Part shown: positions 26,914-39,500 of the stretch, piece by piece | How positions within the stretch are numbered: position 1 is the first letter of the stretch | Layout of the letters: each line of letters starts with the position of its first letter | Source of the DNA: a virus | Reading direction: 5' to 3' (one strand) | DNA length: 64,000 bases | Virus record (IMG/VR): IMGVR_UViG_3300045988_052780 | Notes under the pieces: generated by a model | The model's database searches: none | Told to the model about the DNA's origin: nothing | What the model saw: the letters and a program-made list of their open reading frames with translations, nothing else | Translations under genes and position numbers: made by a program

Positions 26914-29900
26914 ATGTCACAAGTAATTAGAAAGTATAACAGTGGCGGTAAATCTCCAGAAGAACCAGAATTATTTGAATGGAAAGATGTAGGTAAGTAT
27001 AATAAGTCAGATCTGATATCTGGATTATATAGAAATGTAGATACTTACATTACAAATAACAACCTTTCTGGAAAGAAGGCTGATGCATTCAGAACAGCCA
27101 CTTCTAGACTTATTGACGGAATCAAGAACGGAACTGTTACATTAAATGGAGACGGTACATTCAACGTTTCTGATAAGTCATTAAGTAGTACAGGACGATT
27201 TGATAAGAATTTCCTGGGAGGAGAGAAGAATACCGATAATAATGCTAATAATAGAGCTGGGGACTATGTTCTAGACTATATTAAAAGCATGAATACATAT
27301 AAGAAGCCTACAGTAGTAACTCCTAAGAAAGAGAAGTTTGATTTTAATAAGTACTTCACTGGAGAAGTATCTAGGAGATGGTACGGAGGCAATGACATAG
27401 ATAATGATAATTTCTTTAATCGTAGAAGCGAGGAAGATAGATTGAAATTAATGGCAGACATAGCTGGTGGTATAACTCCAGAAATGTTGAGTGGTTATGA
27501 TCTAGAAGGTACTATTGGTGCTGATGAAATTCTCAATAGATCTAAACGCTTTGTAGAGGCTATTAATAATGGAACTTTAGACAACAATGATTATAATGCA
27601 TTTGCAGAACTGGGCGGTGGAGGTCTAGATAGGTGGTTAAAGCCACAAGAAGAACAAACTGCTACAGTCGATGTAAGAGGCGATTTGAGAAAGCAATGGG
27701 AAGCTGAGGCTAGACAGAAAGGATATACTGATGAGGCAATTCAAGCTTATATTGATAATAAACAAAAAGCACTAGATGAAGCTTCTCAGAAAGAAGTGGA
27801 TGCTAGGAATACTGCTCAAGAAGAGAAATTACATGCTGATGCTAAAGCTGCTGAAGAGGAACGTATAAGACAGTTAGGAGCTTCCAATATAGGAAACTAT
27901 AACACAATTTCTACTCTACCTGAAGTAACTCCATATAATTTCGAAGGTGTATACAAATCCAGATATGATAATCCATGGTCTTTAAGTTTTAGTGCCTATG
28001 ATTTAAATCCTGATAAAAGTACACAAACTGTTCCTCTTCATAGAGAAGATGGTTCTGGATATTATGACTCTGTAAATATTGGTAAAACAGTCCCAGGAAC
28101 TACAGCAGCTCAAAGACTGGCTAATGACTTGGATTATTACATAAGAGCTGCTGACTTACGTGCCCAGAAGGAGGGTAATGATTCATACAGGCTAGAACAG
28201 TTAGGTTCGGGAGAATATGTAATTCCTGATAGTTACAATCCGAGCACAGGGCTTATTAGAGTTTATAACCCTAAAACTAGACAACTTAGATGGGTAGAAG
28301 CTCTTACTACTCAGACTGGTAAGGATCGTGTTGAATATCTATATAATATAGCTAATTCTCCCAAATATAAAGCAGAAGGTGGGATTTTAAAAGCACAGCA
28401 AGGTAATGTAATTGATTGGAATGCCTTAAACAAGCGTGCTAATGAAGAAATGTATGAGAGAAATCGTCAAGCTGATCAGAGGTATTTTAAATCAATAGAA
28501 GAAACTAAGGCTAAAGAAGCCAAAACTAAGGCTAAAGAATCTGGTAAATCTGAAGAACAGGCTACTAATGACTCTAAACCTCATACTCAATGGTCTAAAG
28601 CAGATATAACTAGAATGGGGGCATTAGCAGGTGATGTAGCTAGTCTACTAGCTAGTTTTACTGGAGTGGGCTCAGTTGCGTCAGCTGGTATAGGGGCTGC
28701 ATCTACAGCTGCTAATCAAGCTGCTGATATGATGGAGGGACAGAGCTTTGGGCAAGCACTATGGAATAATGCAGGAAGTTATGTTTTAGATGCAATATCT
28801 CTTATCCCATTTGCTAAAGCAGCTAAGGTTCCTAGAATGATTAAGAATGTCGGCAGATTTGCCCCATTAATGACAACAGCATTAGCAACTTATCAAGGAT
28901 TGTCTAATGGCAGGGAATATCTTGATAGCTGGAATAAAGCTAAGAATGGAGAGTCTTTGACTGTAGGAGATTGGAGAAATATACTAAGTTCATTGCAACT
29001 AGTATTAGGCGGGACTGCTGCTACACACAGAGCATCTAAAGCAAAATCTCATGTAGAAGCTGCTGTCACTGGTGATGAGTGGGTTAAAACCAATCAAGGT
29101 TACAGACGTGTCTCTGCTGATAAAATGAAAGCAATTAGAAAGGCGAAAACATTAGAAGAACAAAATAAGATACTAGAAGGAACTGGTATAGTTTTACCAG
29201 AAGCTAAAACATGGACAGGTAAAGGAAAGGGGGTTGCGAAGATACCAGATACTGATAAAGCTAATATGGTATATGATTTTAGCAAACCAGTAACTACATA
29301 TTCTGGAGATTTGCCTTTACAGCATAAGTTTGGGCCTGGAGAAAGATGGTTAGGTACTGCACAGTTCCCCGACTTTCATCTTCCTGGTGTCAGAGATGCT
29401 TATAACAGAATTATACATCCCCAAGCTTATAAAAGGGCTAGAGGTAAGAACCAAAGTGTAGCTAAATCTTCTGAGCTATTAGCACTACCTGCTCCTAATC
29501 AAGTAACCCCAGGTGTTAGAGGTTCATTCGGATATAATGCAACTACTGGGGACAGAAACAGACGTAATGAAATTATTAGAAGTGAAAGGCTCACTCAGCA
29601 AGCTGAAGCTAGAGAAGTTCAGAAGGCTAAAAATGAGGCGTTAGTTGCATGGGCTGTTAATCAACCATTCCCTAAACAGCCATTAGCTGGAGCTGCTAGA
29701 ATTAGTAAGGAGAAGTCTTACAGAAACATATTCCAACCAGTAACTGAACGTGAGTACAATAAAGTATGGGATGAAGCAGTTAAGAATAGGAAGGACTTCG
29801 GATATGAGGATGTAACTCCCAGAAGGAATATATATACTGCTCCGATTCCAACTGAAATTACTGTTACTCCTAATTCCATTACAGACAAGAATGCTAGATA

Positions 29901-31704
29901 CTTGTGGGAGCTTGTTAACCCTCCTAAACGTAGTACTGCTCACATTAAGAGAGAACTTCCTAAGAAGCAGACTAAGCCTAAGACTAAAAAGAAATCTAAG
30001 GATGATAGAGTTACCAAGAAGGCAGATGGTGGATTGTTAATTCCTAAATTTCAATCTCCTGCTGCTCCAATACAACGTCGTAACGTTAGGTCCGTAGATG
30101 ATTTAAGTTGGAATAATGATATACTTAATAGTTTAGGACTTAAAAATACTCTAGGTAATATAACTCCTGCTAATGCTAGTAAGTATAATAATATGCAGGG
30201 AGATTATGCTAAATTAGGATTTGGTACCTCTAAACCTGGTGACACATCTCTTACATATGATCCTAATGCAGCTGCTTATCAAACTACATTTAATAATCTT
30301 ACTTCTGTTAATCAAGATACCATGTCTGATTTAGTAAGAAGAGGACGTATTACTGGTAGAGGTGGCAGCTCGGATAAAGGGACACAGTGGACAGCAGATG
30401 GACTTAAGGGAGATCAAACGTTCTTAAGACATTTAGGTACGGCAGCTACTACTAAGAAGGGAATGGATGTATTGAAATCCCTAGTTCCTGATGATATAGA
30501 TGTTATTAAGAATTTAAATCAAGGTATGGTAAATTTTATGCCTAAACTAAAGATGGCTGGTATTACTGATGGTAAAGGATTTAATATTCCTAATACTCCA
30601 ATTGCAACTACAGGGTTATTAGACGAAACAGTTCCTGACGTAGAAGCTACTCCTCAAGATATTAAAACTACAAATAATTCAGGTAGTTATAAATTAAATA
30701 CTAAGGGTAGAGCAGTTACTAATGTACTGTCTGGTTTAAGAACACTACCAGAAGATATTATTGCTTTAGGTAGAATGGTTGGAGGATTAAGAGCTAATCG
30801 TAGAGCCGCAGACAAATATAAAGAAGGATTAAAGCCACTATTAGTAGATACCTATGAGAATGTAGTACCTATTACTGGTAACTATCTTGCTAAAGTATCA
30901 GCTGATAAGCAGGCTTCTAATCTCACCTCGTTAGCTGCTAGACCTAGAACTTCCGATGGTTCTTTACAGTTAGCTGGAGAGTTAGAAGCTGGTAACAGAG
31001 CTGCCCAGATGAGATTCCAAGGAGATATAGCGGATGCAGATATGTTTAATAGAACTAGAACATTAGCACAACAAGAATCTGACGCTGCTAAGGCTAGAAG
31101 AACTGATGTTGCCAATAGAAACAGAGCTTCAATGTTACAAATTAATGCGGCTAAGAAACAAATTGATTCTGCCAGAATTACTAATAACTATGAAAGAGTA
31201 ATTTCTCCTTACTTAGCAGGCATTGAAGGAAGATTTAGACAGAATAAGGCAGCTAGTAAGCAGTTCGATTTAGAACAGGCTAGACTAGCTAGTGCTACTA
31301 AATATAGACCTCAATTACAAGCATTACAAGATAGATATCTTGAAGCTCAAAAGAACAATGATCAAGAGGGAATGAAAGCTGCTATGAATGATTATTATCG
31401 ATTAGTTGATGCCCAGAATCAGGAAATGTTAGCTCAAAGAAAGAAACTAACTCAGATGCCTTGGTTGTTTGAGCAAGTAAATCCAGTTCAAGCTAAAATA
31501 CCTTATAATAAATCTGGAGCTAAAATGAATTCAGCTGACAGAATAATAATGCAAAGAGCAAGAGACTTTAATAAGAGAATGCTAGAAGATAATAAACAAC
31601 TCCATAAGAATATTAACGAATCTAAAAAGCAACAAGCAGATTTAATTAAGCATATGTCTTCTTTAACTGCTGAGCTGATTAAGAAAGGAATGTCATGGAA
31701 ATAA
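26914..31704 (+). CDS. Giant virion protein (1596 aa), a cargo/ejection-protein candidate with a hydrophobic segment and a long C-terminal coiled coil
   Basis: Uninterrupted ORF. It has a Gly/Ala-rich hydrophobic stretch MGALAGDVASLLASFTGVGSVASAGIGAASTAAN...LIPFAKAAKV at about 28615-28900. A lysine-rich segment KKQTKPKTKKKSKDD is present. The C-terminal ~400 aa are Gln/Ala/Arg-rich and heptad-like. The stop overlaps the next start. Confidence 0.5.
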   Translation: MSQVIRKYNSGGKSPEEPELFEWKDVGKYNKSDLISGLYRNVDTYITNNNLSGKKADAFRTATSRLIDGIKNGTVTLNGDGTFNVSDKSLSSTGRFDKNFLGGEKNTDNNANNRAGDYVLDYIKSMNTYKKPTVVTPKKEKFDFNKYFTGEVSRRWYGGNDIDNDNFFNRRSEEDRLKLMADIAGGITPEMLSGYDLEGTIGADEILNRSKRFVEAINNGTLDNNDYNAFAELGGGGLDRWLKPQEEQTATVDVRGDLRKQWEAEARQKGYTDEAIQAYIDNKQKALDEASQKEVDARNTAQEEKLHADAKAAEEERIRQLGASNIGNYNTISTLPEVTPYNFEGVYKSRYDNPWSLSFSAYDLNPDKSTQTVPLHREDGSGYYDSVNIGKTVPGTTAAQRLANDLDYYIRAADLRAQKEGNDSYRLEQLGSGEYVIPDSYNPSTGLIRVYNPKTRQLRWVEALTTQTGKDRVEYLYNIANSPKYKAEGGILKAQQGNVIDWNALNKRANEEMYERNRQADQRYFKSIEETKAKEAKTKAKESGKSEEQATNDSKPHTQWSKADITRMGALAGDVASLLASFTGVGSVASAGIGAASTAANQAADMMEGQSFGQALWNNAGSYVLDAISLIPFAKAAKVPRMIKNVGRFAPLMTTALATYQGLSNGREYLDSWNKAKNGESLTVGDWRNILSSLQLVLGGTAATHRASKAKSHVEAAVTGDEWVKTNQGYRRVSADKMKAIRKAKTLEEQNKILEGTGIVLPEAKTWTGKGKGVAKIPDTDKANMVYDFSKPVTTYSGDLPLQHKFGPGERWLGTAQFPDFHLPGVRDAYNRIIHPQAYKRARGKNQSVAKSSELLALPAPNQVTPGVRGSFGYNATTGDRNRRNEIIRSERLTQQAEAREVQKAKNEALVAWAVNQPFPKQPLAGAARISKEKSYRNIFQPVTEREYNKVWDEAVKNRKDFGYEDVTPRRNIYTAPIPTEITVTPNSITDKNARYLWELVNPPKRSTAHIKRELPKKQTKPKTKKKSKDDRVTKKADGGLLIPKFQSPAAPIQRRNVRSVDDLSWNNDILNSLGLKNTLGNITPANASKYNNMQGDYAKLGFGTSKPGDTSLTYDPNAAAYQTTFNNLTSVNQDTMSDLVRRGRITGRGGSSDKGTQWTADGLKGDQTFLRHLGTAATTKKGMDVLKSLVPDDIDVIKNLNQGMVNFMPKLKMAGITDGKGFNIPNTPIATTGLLDETVPDVEATPQDIKTTNNSGSYKLNTKGRAVTNVLSGLRTLPEDIIALGRMVGGLRANRRAADKYKEGLKPLLVDTYENVVPITGNYLAKVSADKQASNLTSLAARPRTSDGSLQLAGELEAGNRAAQMRFQGDIADADMFNRTRTLAQQESDAAKARRTDVANRNRASMLQINAAKKQIDSARITNNYERVISPYLAGIEGRFRQNKAASKQFDLEQARLASATKYRPQLQALQDRYLEAQKNNDQEGMKAAMNDYYRLVDAQNQEMLAQRKKLTQMPWLFEQVNPVQAKIPYNKSGAKMNSADRIIMQRARDFNKRMLEDNKQLHKNINESKKQQADLIKHMSSLTAELIKKGMSWK

Positions 31705-33515
31705 TTAATAAAGTTAAGAAGCTACAAGGCGGGGGTATTCCCGCCTTCGTTGGCTACACTAATGTTCCACAACCAATGCCTAGTGCTCCATATACAGAAG
31801 GCTCTAATAATGTGGAGAGTACTAAAGATAAGGCAGAAGGTATAGATAAGAGCCTATTACAAGCTCTATACAAAGAAGGCCTCATTAGTGACGTAGATGC
31901 TGTGGCTTCCGAAGTAAGTAATTTGTTTGCTAATAGGAATAATCCGTTAGATCCAAATTCTACTGCAACTGCTTATAGACGTACACTACAGTTAATGGCT
32001 AGACTTAGAGAGGGTAAGGAGCAGTGGAAGATGGCTATAGAAGAATCTAAGAAGAATGGTTCCTATGGTGAAATGGCAGTAAGTACAGATGGTAGATACT
32101 ATGTGATGGGAGAAGATGGTCCGGAATTAAAATCTACTTTAGAAAGAGGTGATAGAGTACTTACTAATGCAGATTTAGCTGAACTGAGAGCTAATAATGT
32201 CCCATTTGCTAATAACATATCTACTACTATAGCTAATGGTGTTAGTATGGAGAGTATTAATAAGACTATTTGGGAACTTATTAGTAAAATTGGAAAGGAT
32301 AGTACTTCAAAAGAATTCTTTAGAACCAAGAAAGGCCAGGATATAAAAGACGGTATTGATGAATTATTAGCTGCTGGAGAAGATGGTGTTTATAAAATCA
32401 CAGAGAAGAATACAGATCAATCTAGGAAAGCTGTAACTGCTTTAAATTATTTAATCTCTGTAATGCCTACTAATGTTAAGGCATTATTAAGAGGTAAAGC
32501 TGCATTAGCCGGATTAGACCCTAATAAAGGTGCTTATAAATTAGTGGCTGATATGGTTGCATCTGGAATTGACAATACTAGTGAAATTGGAATTGATTTT
32601 GATAAAGCTGCTACCACTGGAGCTAATACCGATAGTAATGGTAATAAGAAGACTTTGAGTATGAAACCCATAATGTCTTATTATGCTGGAGAGAATGGAG
32701 TAGAATCCACTTACATAGTAAATCCGGGTCAAGGATATCAAATGCATACTGATGCAGTTATTTATGGGATGCCATTAGACCAGAAAGGTGACGTAGTTCC
32801 GCAAGGGTCATTACAATCTTTATTAAATTCAGGAATTGGAGGTATAGTTGATACTACTTCTATTTCTCTAGGAAATCAGAGAGTAGATTCTTCCAATCTT
32901 GGGCAGGTACTATATGATGGCACACAATTAGCTAGGGCTATACTACCATACACATATGATGCTAATGGTAAGATTGTCCCAGATTTTGAATTAATGCCGG
33001 AATTTATAGAGGCTCAGAAAGAAATCAAGGAGCGAGGCAATAATATAACTGCCGTTGAGCTATCACAGATATTGAATACTCACAATTTAGGAGATTATAT
33101 GTATCAAAATAAAGATGGGGAACTTATATGGAATCCTTCTAAGTTCCGACCATTCCTAATGACTAATGTAATAGCTGGAGGTAGTGATAGCTGGATTGGT
33201 GGAAAGAGTGGAGTAATTGATGTAGATAAAGCAGGGGAAGGGTATATGACTAATATCAGAAGTATGCCTGAAGTAGACCCTGATAATATTAAGAATTTGT
33301 TTAAAGGTAAGTTAGGTATTACTCCAGAAAGTGAACTGTTTAGAACTGTAGCTTACATGCCTATACTTGAAAGTGCTGGTTTAGCTCTTAATGTAGCAGG
33401 TGAAGATCCAACAATTCCTGCGGATTGGGGAGATATGAGAATTATAAAAGGTAAAGCTGCTCAAGCTAAGAAGTTATCAACATTTACTGGAGCTAGTACA
33501 TCTAAATTAGACTAA
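31695..33515 (+). CDS. Virion-module protein (606 aa), hypothetical
   Basis: The ATG overlaps the upstream gene by 10 nt, and the gene is followed 2 nt later by the 2927-aa gene. Confidence 0.5.
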   Translation: MEIINKVKKLQGGGIPAFVGYTNVPQPMPSAPYTEGSNNVESTKDKAEGIDKSLLQALYKEGLISDVDAVASEVSNLFANRNNPLDPNSTATAYRRTLQLMARLREGKEQWKMAIEESKKNGSYGEMAVSTDGRYYVMGEDGPELKSTLERGDRVLTNADLAELRANNVPFANNISTTIANGVSMESINKTIWELISKIGKDSTSKEFFRTKKGQDIKDGIDELLAAGEDGVYKITEKNTDQSRKAVTALNYLISVMPTNVKALLRGKAALAGLDPNKGAYKLVADMVASGIDNTSEIGIDFDKAATTGANTDSNGNKKTLSMKPIMSYYAGENGVESTYIVNPGQGYQMHTDAVIYGMPLDQKGDVVPQGSLQSLLNSGIGGIVDTTSISLGNQRVDSSNLGQVLYDGTQLARAILPYTYDANGKIVPDFELMPEFIEAQKEIKERGNNITAVELSQILNTHNLGDYMYQNKDGELIWNPSKFRPFLMTNVIAGGSDSWIGGKSGVIDVDKAGEGYMTNIRSMPEVDPDNIKNLFKGKLGITPESELFRTVAYMPILESAGLALNVAGEDPTIPADWGDMRIIKGKAAQAKKLSTFTGASTSKLD

Positions 33516-33517
33516 AT

Positions 33518-36500
33518 ATGAATAACGTAAAGAAACCTAATGATTGGTTCATAGCGCAGATAGATAATCCTTCGTTTACTCCTGGAAATTTTAGAGATGT
33601 AGGATTAACTGCCGACAATACTGGATTATTAGATAGAAATACCTATAAGAATAGTAAATATGTCCAAGATAAATTTAAGGATGATGAAGGTAAGTTTGAT
33701 GAAGTATCCTTTAATAAAGTGTATGATGCTGCCGCTCAAACTTATCAAAAGTTTGCTAATGATGAGTTTGAGGAAAGTATTATGGATGATGCTGATTGGG
33801 ATCCTTATTCTCAGTTAAGACCAGAGGATGGTAAAGTTAGGGACATTAATTTTAATGTAACTAAAGTACTTAATCCAGATAGATTAAAGACTGGTGTATC
33901 TCAAATAGGAAGGACTGACAATAGAGAATGGACTGCCTCTGAACTAGCTCAAACTCAAAAGGTATACGACTATAAAACTGGGAAGTATAAGGAATATACA
34001 CCTAATGATAATATACTATTTGGTAATCCAGTAGGTTTCTTAGCGTCATTAGGTGAACCTTTAGTTCTTGCACAGTGGGATGAAGATGGAGAACATACAG
34101 ATCCATTTACTGGAAGAGTTGTTAAGCATAATAAGGGAGACTTAAAATATAACGATGAAGGTACTTACTACTACGAGACCCTAGGAGGAAGAGAAGCATA
34201 CGGACGTAAATTTAAATCGGCATTTGATTCATTTACTGTAGATGGTTCGGCTGCTAATAAATATGATTTCTTCGATTCTGACGGACTTGATAAATCAGTT
34301 ACTGGTACTGTAATGAAGACAGTAGCTGCAATAGCTCCTCTATTTGTTCCCTACGTTAATACTGTATATGGAGGTGCCATGATTGGTGCTCAATTAATGG
34401 ATATTCTTCCTACAATCTATAAATCCACTATAGGATTAAATCAAGACACTCCTACTGCCAACTTATTACAGGGTATAGGCAGAACATTTAAAGGTTCTAA
34501 ATCTGAATATTCTCAGCAGAACTTAATTTCAACTGAGAACTTCTTTGATTTAGTGACGGATGTAGCTTTGCAGTGGGCACAGCAGAGAACTATATTCCAA
34601 GGTATTCATAAATTACTTGGAACAGAGGCTAAACAAAGAGCTGCTTTAGCCAAAGCAGGAGAAGAAGCTGCCGAAATATTACTTAAGAATCCAGAGAAGT
34701 ATAAGAACGTAGCTGGCAGTGTCATAGAAATGAATCAGCTAAAGGCTGCTAAAGCGTTTGAAACCATTCTTAAGAGAAATAATAGAATGGCAGCAAATAC
34801 TGCACTTGGTTATATGGCAATGATGCAGGGTTTAGAAACCTTTGAGGATGCTATCGGCCAAGGAGCTACTAGAGCTGAAGCAGCTGCTATTGCATGGGGT
34901 GCTGTTGCGGGCATGTATGCAGTTGATAGAACTGGTCTTGGCGAAATATTCTTCCCAGAACTTAAGACTTCCGTACCTGCTTACAGACAAGCAATTAAAG
35001 AGGTTGCAGAGGAAGTTAATAAGGGATTCCAGACATTAGCTAAATCTAATATACCACAACCTAAGAAGCTAGCTAAATTCTTTGATACAGCTAAAAAGAA
35101 GTCTTCCGACTATTGGTCTGATGTTAGAAATCATACTACTGGGTTTGCTCAGAAGATGCTTACTGAAGGTCTAGAGGAAATGTCCGAAGAAGCTGTAGTT
35201 GACTTAGCTAAAGCTACATTTAACTGGGCCCAAGAAATGGGCTTTACTGAGAGCAAGAATAAGTTAAATGCTGGAGAGAATGCATTTGAAAGATACGGAA
35301 TGAGTTTCTTCGGAGGAGCTATTGGTGGCGCTATATTTCATGGTGTAGATGTGGTTAATAATCATAGAGCTACTAATGAGCAAACTAATCAAGAGCTTAT
35401 ATATCTAATCAGAAATGGGCGTACTAATGAACTAATAGAAGAGCTTAATAATCTTAAGAAGAAGGGTAAATTAGGTAACAAGAATCTATCTGCTACTAAG
35501 ACTGAGGATACAAAGGAAGGTACTGTATGGACATCTCCTACTAGTGGAGCAGACAATCAAAATGAAGCAGTGTACAATCTCACTAAGAGCTACTTTCAAC
35601 ATCTAGATGCTGTTATTAACCAAGAAGGTATGGGACTATCCGACGAACAGCTATTAGACAAGATGGTAATGAGTGATGTTAGAATGAAGGCTTTAGCTAG
35701 CATTGAGGTATCCGATGGTCAGAAATTCGGTAAGGCTATTCTTAATGGCTATAATGGTAAAATGCTTCAAGATTTTAATACCCTTACTTCTAAAATAGTT
35801 GAGAAACGCAACGAAATAGCAGATCTGGAGCATAAGACAAATGACACAGACAAGAAAGGGTCAGTTTATCAAGCTGATTTACAAAGACTACAGCAAGAAT
35901 ATTCTGATTTACAACTTCAAAAGCAGAAATTCTTGGACGGTTCATTCTCTGAGTATTATACAGATCAAATGTTGTTTGCTATAGATAATTTAGCCAATCA
36001 TCAGTATTACGCAGCTACATTTAAGGATTTTGCTGAATTTGATACTAAACAGAACTTCCAGGATTTATCAGAAGAACAAATAGAATCTCTGAAACCTAAA
36101 TACGAAGCATATCTGAAGCAAGATAAGATGGAAGCTCTAGATGCTGCTTATGGTATATATAAGAAGGTTAATAAAGAGTTCTCTAACAAGCTTCAAGAAG
36201 GTAGTATCTCAGTTGATGAATATTACAAATTTAGAAAGGAAGTATTCTCAACTATGATTGATTTAAAGGCTACTATAGATAGACTTAATCTGGAGGATGT
36301 TACTGAGCAAGAACTCCAATCTAGATTTGGAGTAGACCGTAACATTGACTGGGTTCTTAATAAGAAGTTTACTAGACAAGTATTTGACAGAAAGGACAAC
36401 GAATCTGATGAAGAGGCTGAAGCTAGGTTACAACAAACTGAACTGTACAACCAAGAAGTGTTAGGAAGAGTTCAAGGAGTAATTCAAATGGCACAAGGCT

Positions 36501-39500
36501 ATGGATTTATGGATGCCGAGACTAAAGACTTACTACTTAGTGTTCTTGGTGATAAAATCTCTAACGAACGAGCAGTTATGACTGTTTTAGGTAATATGTT
36601 CGCTAATGGGATTATTAGTAGAAACGTCGATGCTAGTGGTAACTTACTTCCTGATCCATTGATGGATAAACTAATAGAAACATTAGAGAAAGTTAATGGA
36701 GAGAACTTAGAAGACATAAACAAAGAAATCCATGATGTTATTAATTCTGAAGAGTACAAGAAACAGCTTGTTAATGCAACTTTAGATTACTTTGATGCTA
36801 TAGGAGAATACTATGAGTCTGAAGATGCAGATAATGTTATGAAGTACACTGAAGAGCGTATTAATAACATGGAGAAGATATATCAGGATGCTGCTAAAGA
36901 AATAAATAACGAAGTACTAGCCAACCCGTACAATGCAACAGTATTGCAACTACGTAGTGATGTGCTTAAACTTAAAACTAGTCCAGTGTATGATTATCTT
37001 CAGGATTTTACTAGAACTGTATTCGGAAGCACTTCTAATATTATAGACCTTATAGAGAATGAGCAACGAAGATTTGAGGCAGCTCCTACTATATCTGATT
37101 ATGTTTTAGATGGCAACAAAGAGAAGGAAATAGAAGATGCTATTACAGCAATTAATATGCTTAAATCAGTAATCTATTCTAGTTCTACTGCTGATTTGGA
37201 TATTGATAGGCCATTTGGACATAATGCTCTTATGAACCACTTCTTAGAAACATACTTCCCTAAAGAAGAGAAATATGGAGTTATTAGGGACGATGTAGCA
37301 GCCATGATGAATATAGAATTGGATAAAATTATTAATCAGTTGCTGTTCTTAACTGATTTATCTATAATGAATGGGGTAAATCAGTTTAGTAAACATGCTA
37401 GAACTGGTCAAAAGATATCTAAATTGCTATACGATGTATTAAGAGGTAATGGTAAATATGGATTCCTAAAAGACTTAGAATATAACGGAACCAAGTTATT
37501 TGCAGGTCTAGATGAAATATCTACCCCAACCTTGGACAATATTGACGAAGCAGCTTATGATAATCCAGCAATATCCGTCGAATTGGCTAACTTACAGAAT
37601 AAGCTTTATGATACTTTCCATAAAATAGTATCTGAAAGTGGAGAATCAGTAAGTACAGTACTTAAAGCTATGTTCTCTAATTTAGGGGCTAAATTCAATA
37701 TGTCTAGTTTAGTAAATCAAAATAACACTAGGTTTAGCCCGGAAACGGAATATATAGAAGACTTTGATATTTATATGTGGTTGCATGCCACATTAGCATT
37801 TAAGAAGTCTGATTTTGATTACTATTTAAGAGAGACTCTTGCTGATTCAGAAGCTACCTATGCTCCCTTATTTGCCCAAGAATATGCTGCTTACATGTCT
37901 ACAGCTATGGCAGTTAACCCAGAAGTAATGAATGCTGCCATAGATAATATTGATGTTCCTAAAGGCCAACCCGGTAGTGAATTACTAAAGTACTTCAATA
38001 CTGTAATGGTTAATGGTATCGGAGGTGCTGGTAAAACAGCAGTAATTGCTAAGTTGGTACAGGGAATTGTTACTAAAATTAACCCTAATTCTACTGTGTG
38101 GAAGGTAGGTCCGTCTGAGCAACAAGTTAATAATTTGGTAAGTTCTCTAGGAAGTGATGGAAAGTCTTTTACTGTAGAAGGTTTAATGAGACATGTCTTA
38201 GGTGATGAGACTTATGGTGAACTTAGTAAGGACATTAATAGCTCTAATACTGAATCTAAATTATATGACTTGGTAGAATTTAATGAACTTAAGCAAGGAT
38301 ACACTGTAGCAGTTGCTAAGTCTGATATAGAATATAGTGATAATGCTACTCCTAGATTGCTGTTTATTGATGAAGCTACTTGGGTTAATAGCGTTTATAT
38401 GCAATTCTTATCTGATTGGGCATCCAAGAATGGTGTTACAATAATACTATTAGGGGATTTAAATCAGAATGGATATGAGAATGTAGAAACTAGTATATAC
38501 AATGTTAAACCAACTGAAGCATTAACGGTTAGAACTCCTAAACTGGATATTAGCTTACGTATTACTAATGTTCAGAAAGACGATAATAATAAGCAGGTTA
38601 ATGCAATTCTTAGTAGGATCAACTTTAACAAGGATAATGTGACCGCTGATAATGATGCAGAAGTTAGAGATAGAATATTCAATGAAATTACTAGTAATTT
38701 AATTCTGAAACATTATCAAGACGATGACAATCCACTAAATGGAGAGAAGATAGTAAATGAAATTTCAGAGGAAGATATTAAGGCATTATTGGAAGCTGAT
38801 GGTGAAATAGGTTATGTATATGATAATGAAAACTCTCCTACATATCAGTTAATTCAGAGAATGAATGATAGTAGAATCAAGGTATACACTCCTAAATCTG
38901 TACAAGGCTCAGAAGCTGCTCACTTCATTATTGATGTAGACTTTGCTAAATACGATTCTACTGACTGGGCAGACCTTATTAATTTTGCTAAATCCTTCTA
39001 TACTATGATGTCTCGTTCTAAAGAAGGAACTTACATTATTAATAATGGATTATCTGCATATGTAAAAGAGAAGAATCTTATTAAGGAAGATAGAACTTCT
39101 GTAACTCCTAGTCAGGAACGTATTATTAACACCTTCAAAGAAATCAGAATGGCTGCTTTGGATTCAGAATTGGAAGGGTATACTCCTTCTCCAATAAATT
39201 CTGAAGAGACATCTCAATCTCCTGAACCAGCTGCTAAAGCTGCTCCTTATACACCTAAAAGTCCTTCCAAACCTAAAGGAGATAATCCTATAGAGAATGA
39301 GTTATTAGGTAACTTGGATGGAAAGAAGACTACTGTATTAGATTCAGAAATAGAGGGTGTTATGTCTGGAATTAGGGCTTATGGATGGTATATGAGATAT
39401 GGTATGTTAGAGAATGAGGACGGAACATTTGATAGAGTAGTTAAAGATGATATTATAGATGATTTAAACGTCTTTACTAAAAATGGAATTCATTATACTG

